Shown: positions 9,547 through 21,334, numbered from the stretch's first letter. The stretch is 50,038 nt of DNA from Parcubacteria group bacterium (GCA_002687175.1 NYZP01000023.1:1-50038), one strand, 5' to 3'. The notes: generated by a model from the letters alone, not told the origin. Program-made: numbers and translations.

Positions 9547-10197
9547 ATGATAAAAGCAGTATTATTTGACCTAGATGGTGTACTAATTAAAACCGAGCAT
9601 GAAACTTTTAAGTTTTACCAGGACTATCTGGAGAAAAAAGGTATAAATCTAAGAGATAGTGATTTTAAATTTAAAGCCGGTCGAAAGTCTAAGGACTTCT
9701 GGAATGATGTTTTAACTCTTGAGCAAAAAAAAATTATCGATTTTGAAAAGCTTACTCAACTAAAAAGAGAAGAATTTAATACTGAACCAGATAAATACGT
9801 TACTAAAGTTGATGGTGGTGAAGAATTATTAAAGTTACTAAAAAAAAATAACTTTAAGTTAGCCATCATATCACAGAATGAATCTCAAATGATTAGCAGT
9901 ATGGCTGATTGGCTAAATATTAGAGAATTTTTTGAGGTTATTCTTTCAATTGATGATATTACTAATTTAAAACCCGATCCGGAAATTTATCTTTTGGCGG
10001 CCAAAAAATTAGGGGTGACATCAAATGAATGTGTGGTTATTGAAGATTCAAAAGATGGTATTGGCTCAGCCAAAAATGCTGGAATGAAATGCATCGGCGT
10101 TAAACATAATTTTATGCCTAAAGGTACTTATGATCAAGCTGATACTACAGTTAAAAAACTTTCAGAAATAAATTTAAATTTAATAAACAGTTTATAA
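9547..10197 (+). CDS. HAD-superfamily hydrolase (beta-phosphoglucomutase-like)
   Basis: MIKAVLFDLDGVLI carries the DxDG motif, with EDSKDG later. I prefer the ATG at 9547 over the TTG at 9490 used by the ORF track. Confidence 0.8.
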   Translation: MIKAVLFDLDGVLIKTEHETFKFYQDYLEKKGINLRDSDFKFKAGRKSKDFWNDVLTLEQKKIIDFEKLTQLKREEFNTEPDKYVTKVDGGEELLKLLKKNNFKLAIISQNESQMISSMADWLNIREFFEVILSIDDITNLKPDPEIYLLAAKKLGVTSNECVVIEDSKDGIGSAKNAGMKCIGVKHNFMPKGTYDQADTTVKKLSEINLNLINSL

Positions 10198-10259
10198 TTT
10201 TTAAAAAGAAAAAAAGCGGTCTCAAATTAATGAAATCGCTTTTGAATTTCAAATAACAA

Positions 10260-10979
10260 TTAAAGCGTTGATTTCTCGGGAACAAATCCACGATTTAGTG
10301 CAGTAACGTGTGACATCTGCTGCATTACTCGTGGATTGTCAACTGAGTTATCGACAAACGAAGTAATCGCATCCCAATACTCTGGAAAGTAGTGGCACTC
10401 AAATTCTTGAGTAATTCCAAAGCGCTCCAGAATCTGCTCTCCTTTGCGGTGAACATCACGCTCCCGAAGACGTTCCAAACGTATCTCGGCCGGAGCATGG
10501 ACATACATCACTTCATCAAAACCCTCGAGGTGGCAAACGGCTACACCGTCAAAAACTAGAAGCATGCCTTCATCAGGAGGAATAACTTCTTCCGTCCTTG
10601 TCAGCTCCCCGCCATCTTCACGATTGTAAACTTCTTCCAAACGAAGTGGTTTACCCTGACGGATTATGTTTAAGCACGTCTGCGCTTTTCCAAAGTCCCA
10701 CCAATTGATCTGATCACGTCGTCGTAAGCTTTCAGCCGATGATTTCTTATCGCCTTCAGCAATCCAAGTTGCTCGATCTCGGCTCGAAAGCCTAAAAAAG
10801 ACATCGAGACCAAGACGACAGCTATGGTGACCACGCTTCTCTGCCTCAGCAACAATCAACGGTGCAATATGGTTAGTCTTGCCTGCACCTGCTTGACCGG
10901 TGAGTGCTAGTAAGGTGACTTTGCCGGAAACACATAAATCTCCGATAACATCACCAAATGTCCGACTTTCATCGTACAT
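10260..10979 (-). CDS. P-loop kinase, uridine kinase/PRK-like
   Basis: Walker A GQAGAGKT. Hand counts of lines give about 42-45% G+C, against about 30% in flanking genes. Confidence 0.6.
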   Translation of the reverse strand: MYDESRTFGDVIGDLCVSGKVTLLALTGQAGAGKTNHIAPLIVAEAEKRGHHSCRLGLDVFFRLSSRDRATWIAEGDKKSSAESLRRRDQINWWDFGKAQTCLNIIRQGKPLRLEEVYNREDGGELTRTEEVIPPDEGMLLVFDGVAVCHLEGFDEVMYVHAPAEIRLERLRERDVHRKGEQILERFGITQEFECHYFPEYWDAITSFVDNSVDNPRVMQQMSHVTALNRGFVPEKSTL

Positions 10980-10982
10980 AGG

Positions 10983-11675
10983 CTACTTCTCCTTTCCCGT
11001 GGTTGAAACACATCCCTCAAGTAACTGCTGAATTACTTCTACTAGTTCGTTGCGGCTTCCCGGAACAATAATGGCTCCAGAATAGCCAGCGGCAATCGCT
11101 GGTGGTCCATCAGAAAATTCACGATCACCAATGGAAATACAATTTTCTGGTTCAAGCTGAAGCCTAGCAGCAATTCCCGCATGAAATGCCGGATTTGGCT
11201 TTGAAGCTCCCAAAATTTCAGGTCCAAAGACTGTGGCCTGAGGTACTACTTCGGCAATGCCTATAGCTTGGAGCGTTCTTTTGCCTATCTCAATTGGCGA
11301 ATTAGTGCCAAAGGCTAAGACAAAATGTTGAGATAGTTCAACCAGTAGCTGACAAATCTCTCGATCAGATGATATCCATTTCTCGGGTTGCCAAGCTACA
11401 CATCGAAGATCACTCCACTGCTCGGGCGTGACACCTAATTCATAGACCGTTTCGGTGACAGTAACCTTTCTGCCAGTGCGAGCCGCGATCTCTCCTTGTT
11501 TAGACTTGAACATTGGTTCAAATTTTCCAAAAGCAAGGCCTAGCACAGATGCACAACCTTCAAGTTCTCGACGACTTCCTGCAGCAAAATACTCAGGAGA
11601 TCGGCAGTATACGGTATTATCAATGTCGGATACAACTCCGACAATACCTTCCGTTACAGATCCCATGATTTTCAA
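10983..11675 (-). CDS. HAD-like phosphatase
   Basis: SDIDNTVY (DxDxT) and GDREFSD motifs. A TTG start lies 6 nt after GGGAGGAG. G+C is elevated like its neighbour. Confidence 0.6.
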   Translation of the reverse strand: MKIMGSVTEGIVGVVSDIDNTVYCRSPEYFAAGSRRELEGCASVLGLAFGKFEPMFKSKQGEIAARTGRKVTVTETVYELGVTPEQWSDLRCVAWQPEKWISSDREICQLLVELSQHFVLAFGTNSPIEIGKRTLQAIGIAEVVPQATVFGPEILGASKPNPAFHAGIAARLQLEPENCISIGDREFSDGPPAIAAGYSGAIIVPGSRNELVEVIQQLLEGCVSTTGKEK

Positions 11676-11784
11676 AACAGACTCCTCCCTTTAGAATACA
11701 CCGAGGGTACGAAATAATTTTATTGTCAAGGTTCCAAATAAAGAACCAAGTTAAATTTTAATTTTTAAAATCTAGCTTGGTTTT

Positions 11785-12795
11785 TTATTTTCCTATATGC
11801 TTAATTACTTTTACTAATTGGTTTATATAACCCCACTCATTATCATACCAAGAAACTATATTTGCCATTTTGTCATCAACTACTTCAGTCGACAGTCCGT
11901 CAATAATTGCCCCCCGAGTGTCTCCTCGATAATCAACTGACACGAGTGGTTTATCAGAAAATCCTAGCGACTCTTTCATTTCTCCTTCGGCTGCTTTTTG
12001 CAAAATACTATTTATTTCTTTAACCGTAATTTTTTTTTCAAATTCTAGAACTAAGGACACTACTGACGGTAAAACTATTGGTACTCTCATCGCCATGCCA
12101 TTTAATTTACCTTTTAGCGCTGGAATTATCTTGTCTACGGTTTCAGAAGCACCAGTACTAGTTGGAATAATTGACTCTGTTGCAGCTCGAGCTCGCCTAA
12201 AGTCTTCCTTATGATGTGGTGCGTCAACTAAATGTTGTTCATTAGTAAAAGCATGGACCGTAGTTAAAAATCCATGCTTAATTTTTAATTGCTCGTGAAT
12301 TGGTTTAATGGTCAAAGCCAAACAGTTAGAGGTACACGAGGCGGCGGCAATTATTTTATGTTTTTTAGGATTGTAATCATCCAAATTTACACCGGCCACC
12401 AAAGTAATGTCATCGTCTTTGATTGAAGTGGTCACTACCACTCGTTTAGCTCCGGCCTCAATATGCTTGGTTGAATCTTTACGGTTTTTAAAAACCCCGG
12501 TTGATTCTATTACCACGTCCACTTCCAAAGTGTCCCAGGGTAAAATTGCGGGGTCTTCTTTTTCGTTAAGTAAAGGAATTGACTTGCCATTAATCACAAT
12601 TTCCTTTTCGGTTGGTGCAGTAACTTCTTTATCCCAAATGCCATAAGACGAATCATACTTTAAAAGATGAGCATAAAAAGCCGCACTACCGCGGCTATTG
12701 ATTGCTACAACATCGATGTCTGGATCATCAAAAACGTTACGTAAAGTTAAACGTCCCATCCGACCAAATCCATTAATTGCAGCTTTGATTGGCAT
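11785..12795 (-). CDS. gap: type I glyceraldehyde-3-phosphate dehydrogenase
   Basis: INGFGRMGR, SCTSNC and WYDNEWGY motifs. The start is moved to the ATG at 12795 (MPIKAAING); the ORF-track N-terminal 30 aa are AT-rich read-through. Confidence 0.9.
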   Translation of the reverse strand: MPIKAAINGFGRMGRLTLRNVFDDPDIDVVAINSRGSAAFYAHLLKYDSSYGIWDKEVTAPTEKEIVINGKSIPLLNEKEDPAILPWDTLEVDVVIESTGVFKNRKDSTKHIEAGAKRVVVTTSIKDDDITLVAGVNLDDYNPKKHKIIAAASCTSNCLALTIKPIHEQLKIKHGFLTTVHAFTNEQHLVDAPHHKEDFRRARAATESIIPTSTGASETVDKIIPALKGKLNGMAMRVPIVLPSVVSLVLEFEKKITVKEINSILQKAAEGEMKESLGFSDKPLVSVDYRGDTRGAIIDGLSTEVVDDKMANIVSWYDNEWGYINQLVKVIKHIGK

Positions 12796-12817
12796 AAAAA
12801 AATAATTAATAATAATT

Positions 12818-12846
12818 ATCTTACCGTAAATCAACCTAAAAGTCAA
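12818..12846 (-). promoter_or_regulatory. sigma70-like promoter for gap
   Basis: On the minus strand, TTGACT (12841-12846), N17, TAAGAT (12818-12823). Confidence 0.5.
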
Positions 12847-12869
12847 TCCAAAAAAATTATTAAAAATAA

Positions 12870-13100
12870 AAAAAGAGGCCACCAAACCACGAAGATTGCG
12901 CTGCTGCAGCGCGAGCGATAGACAACTGCCCCCTGGCTGTATACCCGTGGGGTACGGGAAAAAAGAACGGTTAAATAAGGGAGTGCGGAGGCAGCCGGAA
13001 CATCTTTCTTTGCAGGTTCACGGCCAACGTTAAGGCCGGAGGAAAAGATGCAGGAACGGCTGCCTCCACAAAAAAGGAATGGTGATAAAGAACTACAGGT
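12870..13100 (-). ncRNA. candidate structured RNA B, unknown family
   Basis: G+C-rich block in an AT-rich spacer. A long hairpin pairs ggaggcagccg with cggctgcctcc and has nested catcttt/aaagatg and ggcc/ggcc stems. An upstream promoter-like site lies at 13107-13134, and a minus-strand T-run lies at about 12868-12874. Confidence 0.35.
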
Positions 13101-13106
13101 AAATTT

Positions 13107-13134
13107 ATACTATAACGAAAAAAAATTGAGTCAA
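13107..13134 (-). promoter_or_regulatory. sigma70-like promoter
   Basis: On the minus strand, TTGACT (13129-13134), N16, TAGTAT (13107-13112). Confidence 0.4.
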
Positions 13135-13171
13135 TCCATTAAATTAAAATTAAAACTTCAATAGAATCAAT

Positions 13172-13433
13172 AAAAAAAGACCCCCATGACATGAACTTCG
13201 GAGTATGGTGAGAAGTCATGTATCTTGGGGGCCAGCGGCGAGCGTAGGCTGTGAGGAGCCCTGGAACGAGAAAAGTAAAGAACATTATAGGGATGTGGGG
13301 ACGGTTGTGCTTCTGTGGGGTTGTAGGAGCTGCGTTGGTGCGTTGGTGCGTTGAACTTGTGGAGAAAGGAGCAATCAACCGTCCCCACGGGGTCTGGAAT
13401 AGCACCTGAGTGGTAAAACTTGGGTGCTGTGGT
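13172..13433 (-). ncRNA. candidate structured RNA A, unknown family
   Basis: Perfect 13-bp long-range stem gtggggacggttg/caaccgtccccac, plus stems agcacc/ggtgct and cccccа-type ccccca/tggggg. On the minus strand it ends in a hairpin followed by TCTTTTTTT. A promoter lies at 13440-13468. Confidence 0.4.
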
Positions 13434-13439
13434 AATTTA

Positions 13440-13468
13440 ATTTTATAATAAAAAAATATTTCAGTCAA
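13440..13468 (-). promoter_or_regulatory. sigma70-like promoter
   Basis: On the minus strand, TTGACT (13463-13468), N17, TAAAAT (13440-13445). Confidence 0.45.
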
Positions 13469-13469
13469 C

Positions 13470-13497
13470 CAAAAAGCTCCGTGTTAAACGGAGCTTA
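13470..13497 (-). terminator. intrinsic terminator of the 23S-5S operon
   Basis: On the minus strand, AGCTCCG TTTAACA CGGAGCT followed by TTTTTGG. Confidence 0.65.
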
Positions 13498-13584
13498 ATG
13501 TTATAACTGGCAGCGACCCCGGCCTTCGCCGGGGCATGCTTTCCAAAACACATTTTTGAGTATAAAAAAATTGGGTGCAAAGTT

Positions 13585-13689
13585 CCCGCGATGACCTACT
13601 TTCCCTGTTAAAGTATCATCGGCGCTGAAGAGCTTAACTGCTGTGTTCGGGATGGGAACAGGTGTGACCTCTTCGCTAAAATCACGGGA
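13585..13689 (-). rRNA. rrf: 5S rRNA
   Basis: The reverse complement reads TCCCGTGATTTTAGCGAAGAGGTCACACCTGTTCCCATCCCGAACACAGCAGTTAAGCTCTTCAGCGCCGATGATACT...GTAGGTCATCGCGGGA. Flanking TTGGGTTCAAAGT / ACTTTGCACCCAA form a processing stem. Confidence 0.9.
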
Positions 13690-13738
13690 ACTTTGAACCC
13701 AATCAAAGTTTAAATATATTTTTATATTGTGAGGGATG

Positions 13739-13815
13739 CCTGTCCTCCGTAGTCCCGAACGTAGTGAGGGACGTAGGGGGAGGAACAGGTGTGACCCCAC
13801 TGCTAAAACCACCAG
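13739..13815 (-). pseudogene. 5S rRNA 5'-fragment (about 34 nt) fused to a G+C palindrome
   Basis: On the minus strand, CTGGTGGTTTTAGCAGTGGGGTCACACCTGTTCC (13782-13815) aligns to the first third of the true 5S. It then runs into the hairpin cctgtcctcc...ggaggaacagg (13739-13789). Confidence 0.6.
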
Positions 13816-13890
13816 AATTGGGTACCCAACAAAATGTTCGGTACCATGTTCTAATAGTTTTAATGTATCATCTTTAATCTCAATTCTTGT

Positions 13891-17290
<3,400 letters not shown>

Positions 17291-17513
17291 ACAAGAATTG
17301 AGATACTAAATATCATCTCGGGCAAATCCGAGAGACATCTAATAAGTTCTTGTTATTTTATTTTTTATCAAGATGCTTTAGATACATTATTTAATTTTCA
17401 AAGTTCTTGAGTTTCGTTCCTTAAACTGTCATGCCATTCTTATTTCAATGTCTCTTTATAAACAGACACTGAAATAAATTTAGGATAACTTGGTTTAAAG
17501 AACAGCTGAGGCA

Positions 17514-17541
17514 AACAAAAAACCGCTTGGCCTCAAGCGGA
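17514..17541 (-). terminator. intrinsic terminator
   Basis: On the minus strand, CCGCTTG AGGC CAAGCGG followed by TTTTTTGTTTG, downstream of 17699..17977. Confidence 0.6.
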
Positions 17542-17698
17542 TGGAATAACAAACAAAATATCAGACAATCATGCGCTGAGGACTTTATGAATAAGTAATA
17601 AATTTATCATATAGTTTTGATCTTGTGAGTTATTGCTAGTTAAATCTAGATAACATAACCATTATATATCATTTTATGATTATTGTCAACAGTTTTGC

Positions 17699-17977
17699 CT
17701 ATTTACTGCCTTTTAGCTGTTTTTTGGCTAAGTTAACGGTCCGTCCTAGCTGAATTGTGACTATTACCACTAAAATGGTGATAACTAGTGCATAACTTAG
17801 TAAAGCCAAAACATTATCGCCAGGTTTAGGAAAAAATTGGGCAAAGACTGCCTTGATAGCATCATTCCAAGCCAGAGCCGCTACCAAGCCAAAACCAGCC
17901 GTTGTTAGGCTGGAAACTTTTTCTAGAATTTCAATTTTAAGATCCTTCTTATCTTTGGCACTTTTTTTAACGGACAT
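17699..17977 (-). CDS. small membrane protein (DUF5654-like, from memory)
   Basis: 92 aa with a TTAGFGLVAALAWNDAIKAVF core and a C-terminal TM helix. Confidence 0.55.
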   Translation of the reverse strand: MSVKKSAKDKKDLKIEILEKVSSLTTAGFGLVAALAWNDAIKAVFAQFFPKPGDNVLALLSYALVITILVVIVTIQLGRTVNLAKKQLKGSK

Positions 17978-17978
17978 A

Positions 17979-18674
17979 TTATTTAAATCTTATTGTTCTA
18001 AAAATATCTAAAGCCAACTCTTGTTGTTCTGTTGTTAAACCGCTACCATACAGACTCAGCCTGTTTGGAGTGCCTAGTCCTTGAACAACTTGACTACCAT
18101 CAACATTTCCAAAATAAACTCCAGCATTTTTAATCGCTGGCGAAGAATAAAGTCTGGCTTCAAGACCATCAATTGTTTCAATGGTAACTTGATAGCTTGG
18201 GTTATTCTGCGAGGCATCACCGGAGTACCAACCATAATCAAAAATAAGTTGCATCCCTTCACCAACAAATTCACCGACATAGGAATCAATCCCTTGCAGT
18301 TGATTAAACTTCCAGCCAGGTGGTAAAGAAATTATAAAATTTCTAGTTTCTATTTCTTGCCAACCGACATTGACCGTGTCGTCTTCCATAGGTTGCATGC
18401 TTGGTGCCCAGCCTTTTTTAAAACCAATTCCACAGACTTCTTCAAAAGTTTTTCCTTCCGGAACATAGTCACACATTAAAAGACCGCACTCCTGTCCAGT
18501 AGTTTTTTCACACTCCTCTTGTGTTGTGTAAGTTGTGGTTGCTACTCTAAGGTCTGCATTTTCAGAAACTAAAGCCATTCCAAAAATATTTAATAATAAT
18601 AAACCTCCCGAAACTGCAAGAACTAAAATTACGACTATTAATATTACGAATTTTATACGGCTGGTCATTGGCAT
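17979..18674 (-). CDS. membrane-anchored/secreted hypothetical protein
   Basis: 231 aa with an N-terminal TM/signal anchor. It starts 1 nt after... i.e. its stop abuts the next gene start (17977/17979). Confidence 0.55.
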   Translation of the reverse strand: MPMTSRIKFVILIVVILVLAVSGGLLLLNIFGMALVSENADLRVATTTYTTQEECEKTTGQECGLLMCDYVPEGKTFEEVCGIGFKKGWAPSMQPMEDDTVNVGWQEIETRNFIISLPPGWKFNQLQGIDSYVGEFVGEGMQLIFDYGWYSGDASQNNPSYQVTIETIDGLEARLYSSPAIKNAGVYFGNVDGSQVVQGLGTPNRLSLYGSGLTTEQQELALDIFRTIRFK

Positions 18675-18721
18675 ATTTATATTTTAACATAACAAAAAAA
18701 TCCTGCCTAACAGAATTTTTT

Positions 18722-18809
18722 TGGTGCCGGGAACAGGAATCGAACCTGCACAGGATTACTCCTACTTGGTCCTAAACCAAGCGCGTCTACCTAGTTCCGC
18801 CATCCCGGC
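18722..18809 (-). tRNA. tRNA-Leu(UAG), class II, CCA encoded
   Basis: GCCGGGATGGCGGAACTAGGTAGACGCGCTTGGTTTAGGACCAAGTAGGAGTAATCCTGTGCAGGTTCGATTCCTGTTCCCGGCACCA. The anticodon loop is TTTAGGA. Confidence 0.9.
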
Positions 18810-18994
18810 TTATAAAAAGATAACACCTTACATCATTGCTGATTTTTAACAAAATGTCAACTTGACACAAATTTTTGACTGTGATAATTTAAGGATGAGC
18901 TTAGGCTCAACATAGCGCGAAAGGCCCCGACTTGTCGGGGTTTTCGTTTTTCTAAATCAACATAGCGCCTTCATAATGAAGACGCTTTTTTTGT

Positions 18995-19282
18995 ATGCGA
19001 ATATTTTATGTTTACATAATTACTAACAAAACTAATCACGTCTTTTATATTGGAATCACTAATGATTTAATCAAACGAACCTTTGAACACAAAAGCAAAA
19101 TAAATCCAGGCTTCACGAATAAATACAACGTCAACAAATTGGTTTATTTTGAAGACTTCCTGAGCCCCTATGAAGCAATTAGACGAGAAAAAGAAATTAA
19201 GGGTTGGCTAAGAAAGAAAAAAATTAAACTAATCAGGGCTAACAATCCTGCCTATATTGATTTATCGCAAGACTGGTACTGA
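18995..19282 (+). CDS. GIY-YIG nuclease family protein
   Basis: 95 aa with FYVYIITNK...VFYIGITNDLIKRTFEHK...EAIRREKEIKGW. Confidence 0.85.
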   Translation: MRIFYVYIITNKTNHVFYIGITNDLIKRTFEHKSKINPGFTNKYNVNKLVYFEDFLSPYEAIRREKEIKGWLRKKKIKLIRANNPAYIDLSQDWY

Positions 19283-19383
19283 GATCCTTCATTCGTCCCG
19301 CAGTCGCGGGACTCCTTCAGGATGACAGGCCCTCTGGGTTTGTCATCCTGAGGCAGGTCGCCAAAGGCGACCAACGAAGGATC
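19283..19383. repeat. 101-nt multi-hairpin palindromic element
   Basis: Outer stem gatccttc...gaaggatc. Inner hairpins are tcccgcagtcgcggga, ttcaggatgaca...tgtcatcctgagg and gtcgccaaaggcgac. Confidence 0.7.
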
Positions 19384-19426
19384 TCTGAATCTAATCAACA
19401 AACGTTAATTATTAACAAACAAGTCT

Positions 19427-21319
19427 ATGAAAACAAAGCTTATACTAGTGACAATAATGCTGCTCACCCCGGTCATAATCAAGGCCGAAGAATCAACGGT
19501 GCGTATCAACGAAATCGCCTGGATGGGCACTGAAAACTCAGCCAACGACGAGTGGCTTGAACTTTATAATTCAACTGACAACGACATTGATTTGACGGGT
19601 TGGCGGTTGGAAGCAACTGACGGTAGTCCGGCTATTAATTTAGAAGGTTTAATACTGGCTAGTGGATATTTCTTGCTTGAACGAACTGACGATGACAGCG
19701 CCCCAGACGCCGCCGCCGATCAAATCTACACTGGCTCAATGAGTAATACCGGTGAATGGCTTAAACTATATGATGGTGATAACAATCTTGTTGACGAAGT
19801 CAACGGAACCGACGGCTGGCCAGCCGGTGATAACACAACTAAACAAACCATGGAAAGGTCGTCAGTTTCCGGCTGGCAAACTAGCCTTGAGATTGGTGGT
19901 ACAGCAAAAGCAGAAAACAGTACCGCCGATCCAGATGATGAAGGTGACAATGATGACGAAGATCCGGACGATGAAGATGATAACAAGCCAGCTCCTCCAC
20001 CAACCAACAATGCTAGGGTGATTAAAAAAGGAGAAATAATTATCAACGAAATTTTTCCAAATCCACAAGGTGTTGATCTCGAAGATGAATTCATTGAAAT
20101 AAAAAATGTTAGTGACCGAAATATCGATTTAACAAACTGGACTATTACTAACAGGGCAAAACAAAACTTTTCTGTCCCGTCATTAATCATGATGCCAAGC
20201 AGCGCTGTGGTATTCTATAGACCGCAGACTAATTTAGCACTAAATAACCTTAAAGAAAAAATTACAATTTACTCTAAAAAAAATAAAATTATTGATCGAG
20301 TTGAATATAATAAAAAAGCTCCGGAAAATCAAAGCTTTCAGAGACAAGAAAAAAACAAGTTTTTTTGGGATGATATTTCTCCAGGGATAGATAACATATT
20401 TGAAACAGAAATTTTACCGGTCCCGTTTATTGATGGCCCAAAAAAAACTAATGTGGGTGAGATAATTTCTCTAGATGCTTCAGATTCTTTTGATCCAGAA
20501 AATAGAAAGTTAACTTACTTCTGGGATTTTGGTAATGGTCGAACTGATAGCGGTGTGTTCGTCAGACAAATATATTCAACTGTCGGTGACTTTGAAATTA
20601 TCTTAAAAATTATGGCTGACGAAAATGCTAGTAGCACTATAAAATTAAAAATTGAAGTTGATACAGGCACAGACCAGGATGAACCAGTAGCCATTCCGAC
20701 CAATATTTCATCGATAATAACTCCGTCAACTCATCTGGCAGAATTTCCGTTTATCTTTATTTCAGAATTTCTACCAAACCCCAAGGGACCGGACGGTGAA
20801 TCAGAATTCATTGAAATTTTTTCTAACCATGATAAGCCTGTAAACTTGGCAGGCTGGCAGCTTGATGATGTCGAAGGTGGCAGTAAGCCATATATAATTC
20901 CAGATACCATTATTAAGCCTGGCCAATATTTAACTTTTTCTAGAGTTGATACTAAGATTGCTCTTAATAATAGTGATGAAGAAGTTAGGCTTTTCACTCC
21001 CGGAGGTGTCATGGTTGACTTTGTTGACTACGAAGAAAGCAAAGAAGGGGTTAGCTTGGTTTTGGACGAACAGTTTATCTGGCAACAAAGCAATACACCA
21101 ACGCCAGGTGAGATTAACACCTTAGATAATATTGAAGATGAAGAGAAAGAGGGTGGCAAGAAAAAGGACGCGGACGCGGCTGAACCAAAAGTTTTAGGAG
21201 TAAAAACTGAAGATATTATTAAAAATAACGAACCCAAAAATAAAAATAAATACATTGTTTCCGGAGTATCAGCACTTGTGATTGTTGGTCTAGGAACAAT
21301 TTTAAAATTAAAAAAATAG
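19427..21319 (+). CDS. lamin-tail-domain (x3) / PKD-domain surface protein with C-terminal TM anchor
   Basis: Signal peptide; INEIAWMG...EWLELYN..DLTGWRL; INEIFPNP...EFIEIKN..DLTNWTI; PKD-like DASDSFDPENRKLTYFWDFGNG; a third LTD; and a terminal hydrophobic helix. Confidence 0.8.
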   Translation: MKTKLILVTIMLLTPVIIKAEESTVRINEIAWMGTENSANDEWLELYNSTDNDIDLTGWRLEATDGSPAINLEGLILASGYFLLERTDDDSAPDAAADQIYTGSMSNTGEWLKLYDGDNNLVDEVNGTDGWPAGDNTTKQTMERSSVSGWQTSLEIGGTAKAENSTADPDDEGDNDDEDPDDEDDNKPAPPPTNNARVIKKGEIIINEIFPNPQGVDLEDEFIEIKNVSDRNIDLTNWTITNRAKQNFSVPSLIMMPSSAVVFYRPQTNLALNNLKEKITIYSKKNKIIDRVEYNKKAPENQSFQRQEKNKFFWDDISPGIDNIFETEILPVPFIDGPKKTNVGEIISLDASDSFDPENRKLTYFWDFGNGRTDSGVFVRQIYSTVGDFEIILKIMADENASSTIKLKIEVDTGTDQDEPVAIPTNISSIITPSTHLAEFPFIFISEFLPNPKGPDGESEFIEIFSNHDKPVNLAGWQLDDVEGGSKPYIIPDTIIKPGQYLTFSRVDTKIALNNSDEEVRLFTPGGVMVDFVDYEESKEGVSLVLDEQFIWQQSNTPTPGEINTLDNIEDEEKEGGKKKDADAAEPKVLGVKTEDIIKNNEPKNKNKYIVSGVSALVIVGLGTILKLKK

Positions 21320-21334
21320 TGCTATAATTTAAGC

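Noticed and set aside
11785-12885. N-terminal extensions proposed by the ORF track. These are gap from 12885, HAD from the TTG at 9490, the pilin-like gene from 45375, 38812..39432 and 36870..37139.
   Set aside because: The extensions are AT-rich read-through without family similarity. Internal ATGs with better context restore canonical N-termini (MPIKAAINGFGR, MIKAVLFDLDG, MKKGIAIV...). The ORF starting at 36870 begins inside tRNA-Leu.
12870-13433. Assignment of the G+C-rich blocks to RNase P RNA, SRP RNA, tmRNA or 6S RNA.
   Set aside because: I searched both strands by eye for GAGGAAAGUCC, ACAGAA.CCGGCUUA, the GGAA-loop/AGCA domain IV, the 5' GGGG...3' UCCACCA ends and a tag ORF. None is present. 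They are left as unknown.
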